A DNA stretch of 63,996 bases, filler included, from Stramenopiles sp. TOSAG23-2 (lineage: Eukaryota), in the NCBI GenBank assembly GCA_900128395.1. It is 11 parts of 11 records of this genome, joined end to end, with 100 filler letters (N's around TTAATTAATTAA, not from the genome) between each part and the next. Parts side by side here need not be neighbours in the genome. Positions count along the whole stretch, not along the records: positions 58,606 to 63,996 come from LT650680.1; 10 more parts are not named here. The stretch is one strand, 5' to 3'. Positions within the stretch are counted from its first letter, which is position 1. Every line of letters begins with the position of its first letter. A program made the position numbers and the translations under genes. Positions 59,359 through 63,996 of this stretch are shown here, piece after piece. The notes under the pieces were generated by a model, which had not been told where the DNA came from, did no database searches, and saw nothing but the letters and a program-made list of their open reading frames with translations.

Positions 59359-59905
59359 ATTTAAAAAAGACGGAGGGGAGAAGGATGTTCGTTGTGTAGG
59401 AGAGAAAGAATTTTAAATTTTTAAATAAAATATACAGAGAGTGTGTGTTTTATAATAATATACATTATACTAGTATTATTTTTATAAAATATGCAATTAA
59501 TAATTATTATAAAAATATTTTAATAAATTTAAAATAGTTTTTGTTTCTTCATGTGTAAAAATCGAAATAAATTGGAAAAGTGATTTCTTGTTAATATAGA
59601 GATTTGCATTTCATCAACCAATATTTGAGAATACGAATTTCGTATAATATTTTATAAAAAAAGTAAAAAAAAGGACGATCTGGGGAATATAATTGGAAAT
59701 GTGTGTAAATGCATGAAATTGTAAAATATTTTTATTTGTGATGGATTACTTAGGCTAAATGTACACACACGTACAACTTTACACAAAAAAATGATTCATA
59801 TTTCCCAGTGTCATTATTTTAATAATACACACGCACTAAAACCACATTGCTCTCTCTCTCTCTCCCTCTGTCTCTCTCTCTCTCGCACACACACACACCT
59901 CTTTT

Positions 59906-60808
59906 TTACTCCATTCCATCTCTACTGTAAAATCCTCTTAAATTAATATTATCCGATGCTTGTCTTACAGTAGCGACACATAAAGGGCATGTTGAATGAT
60001 CTTTCAGCCATTTATCTATACAACTTAGATGAAAATAATGTTTACATGGAAAATTACGAATTGGATGTTCTTTTTCAATAGCTTCTAAACATATAGTGCA
60101 TTCAATTCCATTTGGTATGATCTCATATGCTTTAACAATTGGACTAGATAAAATGACAATTTGACTATCCATTGCTCCATTCTCATCAGATAAAAATTGT
60201 GGAGTCAATTCAATTCGCTCGGATACTAAACGTGTCATGTAACTTAAATCGGATGATATGTACATTCCATATACAAGGCCAATTTTTAAACATGTAACCG
60301 CAACAGCAAAAACTAATAAAAATTCTGTAAGTAAGATAACATGGATTGGTAAACATTTTTCCACTTCATCTTTTGTACTACCATTATTAATTGATAGCAA
60401 TATGAAACCCGCCATAATTAAAAGTACAATACAAGGTATCAATATTTTATGACAATTAATAAACATATATACGTAGCGTTTAATTTTTGTATCATTACGC
60501 TTTTGTATAGCATTTTGCCATTCATTGACACTAATATGATGTATGATTCGAAACAATAATAAAACAATTGTATATATAATTAACCATACTTCATAATAAA
60601 TACAATAATCATATGTCTTACTTTTGCTGTAATGATATAATGAATAAATTAGAAGTGCAAACGTAAATATTAATAAGACACTAATACCACCACCTTGCTT
60701 TTTCAAACTTTGAAATAATTTCCATTCCGGTGCAGTGGACGTTATAATTCGATCATTGCTATTGTGACGGGGATGATGATTATTACCAGGCACTTTGATT
60801 ATTGGCAT
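59906..60808 (-). CDS. Membrane-anchored RING-H2 E3 ubiquitin ligase
   Basis: CTICLE...FPCKHYFHLSCIDKWLKDHSTCPLC preceded by about 4 TM segments. Confidence 0.9.
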   Translation of the reverse strand: MPIIKVPGNNHHPRHNSNDRIITSTAPEWKLFQSLKKQGGGISVLLIFTFALLIYSLYHYSKSKTYDYCIYYEVWLIIYTIVLLLFRIIHHISVNEWQNAIQKRNDTKIKRYVYMFINCHKILIPCIVLLIMAGFILLSINNGSTKDEVEKCLPIHVILLTEFLLVFAVAVTCLKIGLVYGMYISSDLSYMTRLVSERIELTPQFLSDENGAMDSQIVILSSPIVKAYEIIPNGIECTICLEAIEKEHPIRNFPCKHYFHLSCIDKWLKDHSTCPLCVATVRQASDNINLRGFYSRDGME

Positions 60809-61413
60809 TATTCTTGTTTGTTATTATCCGTGTTTCGTATATTAAAAATATGTGTATATATATATCCCATATATGTATCTTCATTCACAGTACACATAAT
60901 CGTCTATCTAACCCATCAAAATGTGGACACACCTTCAAGGATGAGGAGAGAGGGCGTGTGTGTGTACTATAAGCACTAAATACAATAGTGCAAAAAGACT
61001 TCGCAGAACAAATTATAATAAAATTATTATAAAAAAATCATCATCTGATACGGTAAAATTTAGTACAGCACATCACCCAGATCACAGAGAGGATTCTTGC
61101 GATATGTCCATGTGCCGTCAATTTTAAGGATCACGCGATGTGACAAACAAACTAACAAACCAAACTAGCCTCAAATAGGAATCTTAGTATACAAATATAT
61201 ATATACTACTAAATATATTTTAAAAAGATCATCCATATTAATATATATATATATAATTAATATCTTATTTTTAATAAGAAGTTATATGTCATAGATCTAT
61301 ACCTGGTACATATAAAAAATATAATAATGAAACAACATTTTTTTTTGAATTTTGCATTTTAATCATTTAAAGATAAAAAGTGAAATCGTCGTGCATTATT
61401 ACACTTCATCAAG

Positions 61414-63442
61414 ATGATGATAAAAAGCAACACTATAGACGATGTTGCAAAAACACCAATTGAAATATTTTATCACATTATCGTTTTAGGCAAACGACTA
61501 TATGTACGTGCAAATATAAATATATCAAAGAAAGAACAATATGAAAATTTAAAACATTTAATATTATTAATTGTTTCCATTGTCACTTTATTAATTGTAA
61601 ATACTGCATATGCGGTGTATTGGAGCTTTTTGATTCGACGATTTGCAACATCATTGCAAGAAAAAAAGGAAGCTGATTTTTATAACGTGATCTATGAAGT
61701 TTTGTTGAATTTAGTACTGAAAATTCCATTAGCATCTTTGTCAGAATTTTGCCAAGGGCGTTTATCCTTATTTTTACGAAGACACTGCACAAAAGCTTTT
61801 TTCAAATCATTTTTTAATAAATCTTCGAAAGTTTTTTATCATACAAAAATTGAAAATGCTGGTATACGTATACTCGAAGTAGAAAATTGGGTAGGGGAAG
61901 TTCAACGCTTATTTTTAGTTATTATTAATCGCGCATTGAATTTAATAGCATTTTCATCATTGATGTTGTATTTATCAACAAGATTATTTACTGCATTGGC
62001 TTTGTATGCGATGGTAAGTAAAAATTCTATTCCCGCTAAAGCTAAGAAAGGTATCCTCTCTAACACACCATCGCTCATTCATACGCTACGCTTCGCAGTT
62101 TGGGACATTTGTATTATTCTACATTTTTTATGATAAAATTACTCAATTAACCATGCAAACAACGCAAAAATTAACAAATGTTCAATATCAACTGGTAAGG
62201 ATCTATGAGAATCGAGAATCAATTGCATTTTATGAAGGGGGTACGCGTGAATTTGAAATCTTATGGAATTTATTTGATTCGTTTTTAAAATCAGTTCGAG
62301 ATTCAATGTTATGGCAAATAGGATTACAATTTTTTACTGAATTATTAGAAGATATAACAATTGTATTTCCATATTTAGTGATTGCACCTTTGTATTTTGG
62401 TGGTGAGATTGAATATGGGATCGTGTCACAATCTACGATGGCATTTCATCGTGTACGTAATGCATTGAATATTATTGTAAATAATTTTTCATCGATATCA
62501 TCTATTCGAGCAACAACGATACGTTTAAAAGAATTATTGGATGATTTAGAAAATTATGAACGAACAAAAGTATTGCCAATGCAACATCAAGATATTATTG
62601 ATGTAGTAGATGTAAAGAAAAAAAATAATTCTAATAACATCATCAACAAAAAAAAACGTTCAAAGACTCCATCATTATTACGTAAAAGAAAAAAAAAATC
62701 AAATAATAATAATGATAATAATAATAATGAAGATAATCCTATTATTCATTATTCTCACGATGACGATAATGATAAATATGCATTGGTAGTGGATTCTTTA
62801 ACATTGAATACACCATCTATATCTTCGCCTGTTACATTATGTAATAATTTATCATTTAAATTACCATTTGGTTCAAATCTTTTAATATCAGGCACTACTG
62901 GATGTGGTAAATCAAGTTTATTACGTTGTTTTGCAAATTTATGGAAAGCAAAAAAAGGTTTTATGCAATTTGGTTGTGAAAAAAAGAAAATATTATTTAT
63001 ACCACAAACACCATATATTCCTATCGGAACATTACGCAATGCTTTATTGTATCCAAACAATAGTGATAACACGATGATAACGGATGAAATGATTTTAAAG
63101 GTATTGCAAAATGAAGCACGTTTGCCAGATCTTATTGAACGGGTAGATAATGGTTTAGACAGTAATAAAAATTGGAGTGAATTATTATCACATGGAGAAC
63201 AACAACGAATAGCATTTGCACGTGTATTTTTACAAAAACCATCCATTGTATTGTGTGATGAATCAACAAGTGCAGTTGATGAAAATACAGAAATGAAATT
63301 GTATAGTCATTTGGCTGTAGTTGTACCAACGATAATATCTATCGCACATCGTTCTTCCTTGGCTAAATTTCATAACCACACTCTAACATATAATAGTACA
63401 TATGATAGTAAGTGGACGCGTGGTAGGTCTGAAATATTATAA
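61414..63442 (+). CDS. ABC subfamily D-like half transporter (~647 aa); exons 61414-62013 and 62099-63442
   Basis: LVRIYENRESIAFY, PYLVIAPLYFGGEIEYG, Walker A GTTGCGKSS, PQTPY, signature LSHGEQQR, Walker B IVLCDESTSAVD, IAHR; phase-0 intron joins the two ORFs. Confidence 0.92.
62014..62098 (+). other. Spliceosomal intron (85 bp), homologous to the intron at 32808-32889; introner-like
   Basis: GTAAGT...TCTAAC...TCGCAG; removal restores the frame. Confidence 0.85.
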
Positions 63443-63996
63443 ATATATTTTATACTACGAAGTTCGTATATAATGTGAGATGACGAAGGAGAAAATAAAA
63501 AAAAGGCAATTGTTAAAAAATATCATATATACTCGTATATATTAGAAATACGGGATAAAAATAAAACTCGCTTTTAAATTAAATGATTGGTTAAAAAATC
63601 TAAAGTGTTATATAATAATTTTACACCTCTTTTATACGACCGTCGTATTTTAAGAAAATATAATATATATGACCCACCTTCGATAAGATCAGGAGGAATA
63701 TAAAAAAGACCATAATATTACATAGTACCTAGTTTTACATAATTTTTAATGGTATTTATATGCTATTTCTACATATTTTTAAGCTCTTTCCGTATTATCA
63801 TGTCTCTGAGGAGCAAAAAATTTTCAACGTTATAATCTTGGAAACTAGATCGATTCACTATCTATAATTTTATGCCGGAAATCGTCATATAATCGTTTAT
63901 GCCTGTATAGAGTTTTGAAACACGAAAATGAAAAAAAACATGTTTACGAACAACCATGCCCTTCAAAAAAAAATATTAAAAAGTTAAACACAAACA

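Noticed and set aside
1..63996. tRNA, rRNA or telomeric repeats
   Set aside because: No cloverleaf with T-loop consensus, rRNA-like tract or telomere array seen by eye; only (TA)n, (CA)n, (CT)n, (AAT)n and (AGT)n microsatellites

Overview
This is AT-rich eukaryotic nuclear DNA, not a contiguous locus. It consists of 11 unrelated scaffolds of about 5.75 kb, sorted by decreasing length and joined by 100-bp artificial spacers (N44-TTAATTAATTAA-N44), so gene neighbourhood across spacers has no meaning. The source is a flagellated protist (IFT20, short GT-AG introns, poly-Asn/Gln tracts), probably a stramenopile; that assignment is inferred from the PX-TM phospholipase D and the RRRL-motif surface proteins. 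Housekeeping genes recognised: phospholipase D, M14 carboxypeptidase, IFT20, syntaxin-16, NDUFA6, a cytochrome b5 reductase-like enzyme, a double-ABM protein, a RUS1-family protein, mitochondrial-type AsnRS, enoyl-CoA hydratase, a DMX/Rav1-like WD40 protein, a double FKBP, a TM-RING-H2 ligase and an ABCD half-transporter. Most notable observations: (1) an intronless ~1400-aa protein fusing an intact Ser/Thr kinase, an R-S-E (ExE) toxin-type mono-ADP-ribosyltransferase and four recently duplicated ankyrin modules, a candidate immune/conflict effector; (2) two clearly homologous introns in unrelated genes on different scaffolds, an introner-like family; (3) a spliced, divergent Myb/SANT gene whose upstream sequence recurs in inverted orientation 5 kb away; (4) MITE-like elements, virus-like remnants and a giant surface protein built from an unfamiliar Cys-paired helical repeat. 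One scaffold has eight near-exact tandem duplications that are most likely assembly artefacts. All family assignments come from motif recognition by eye; no searches were run.
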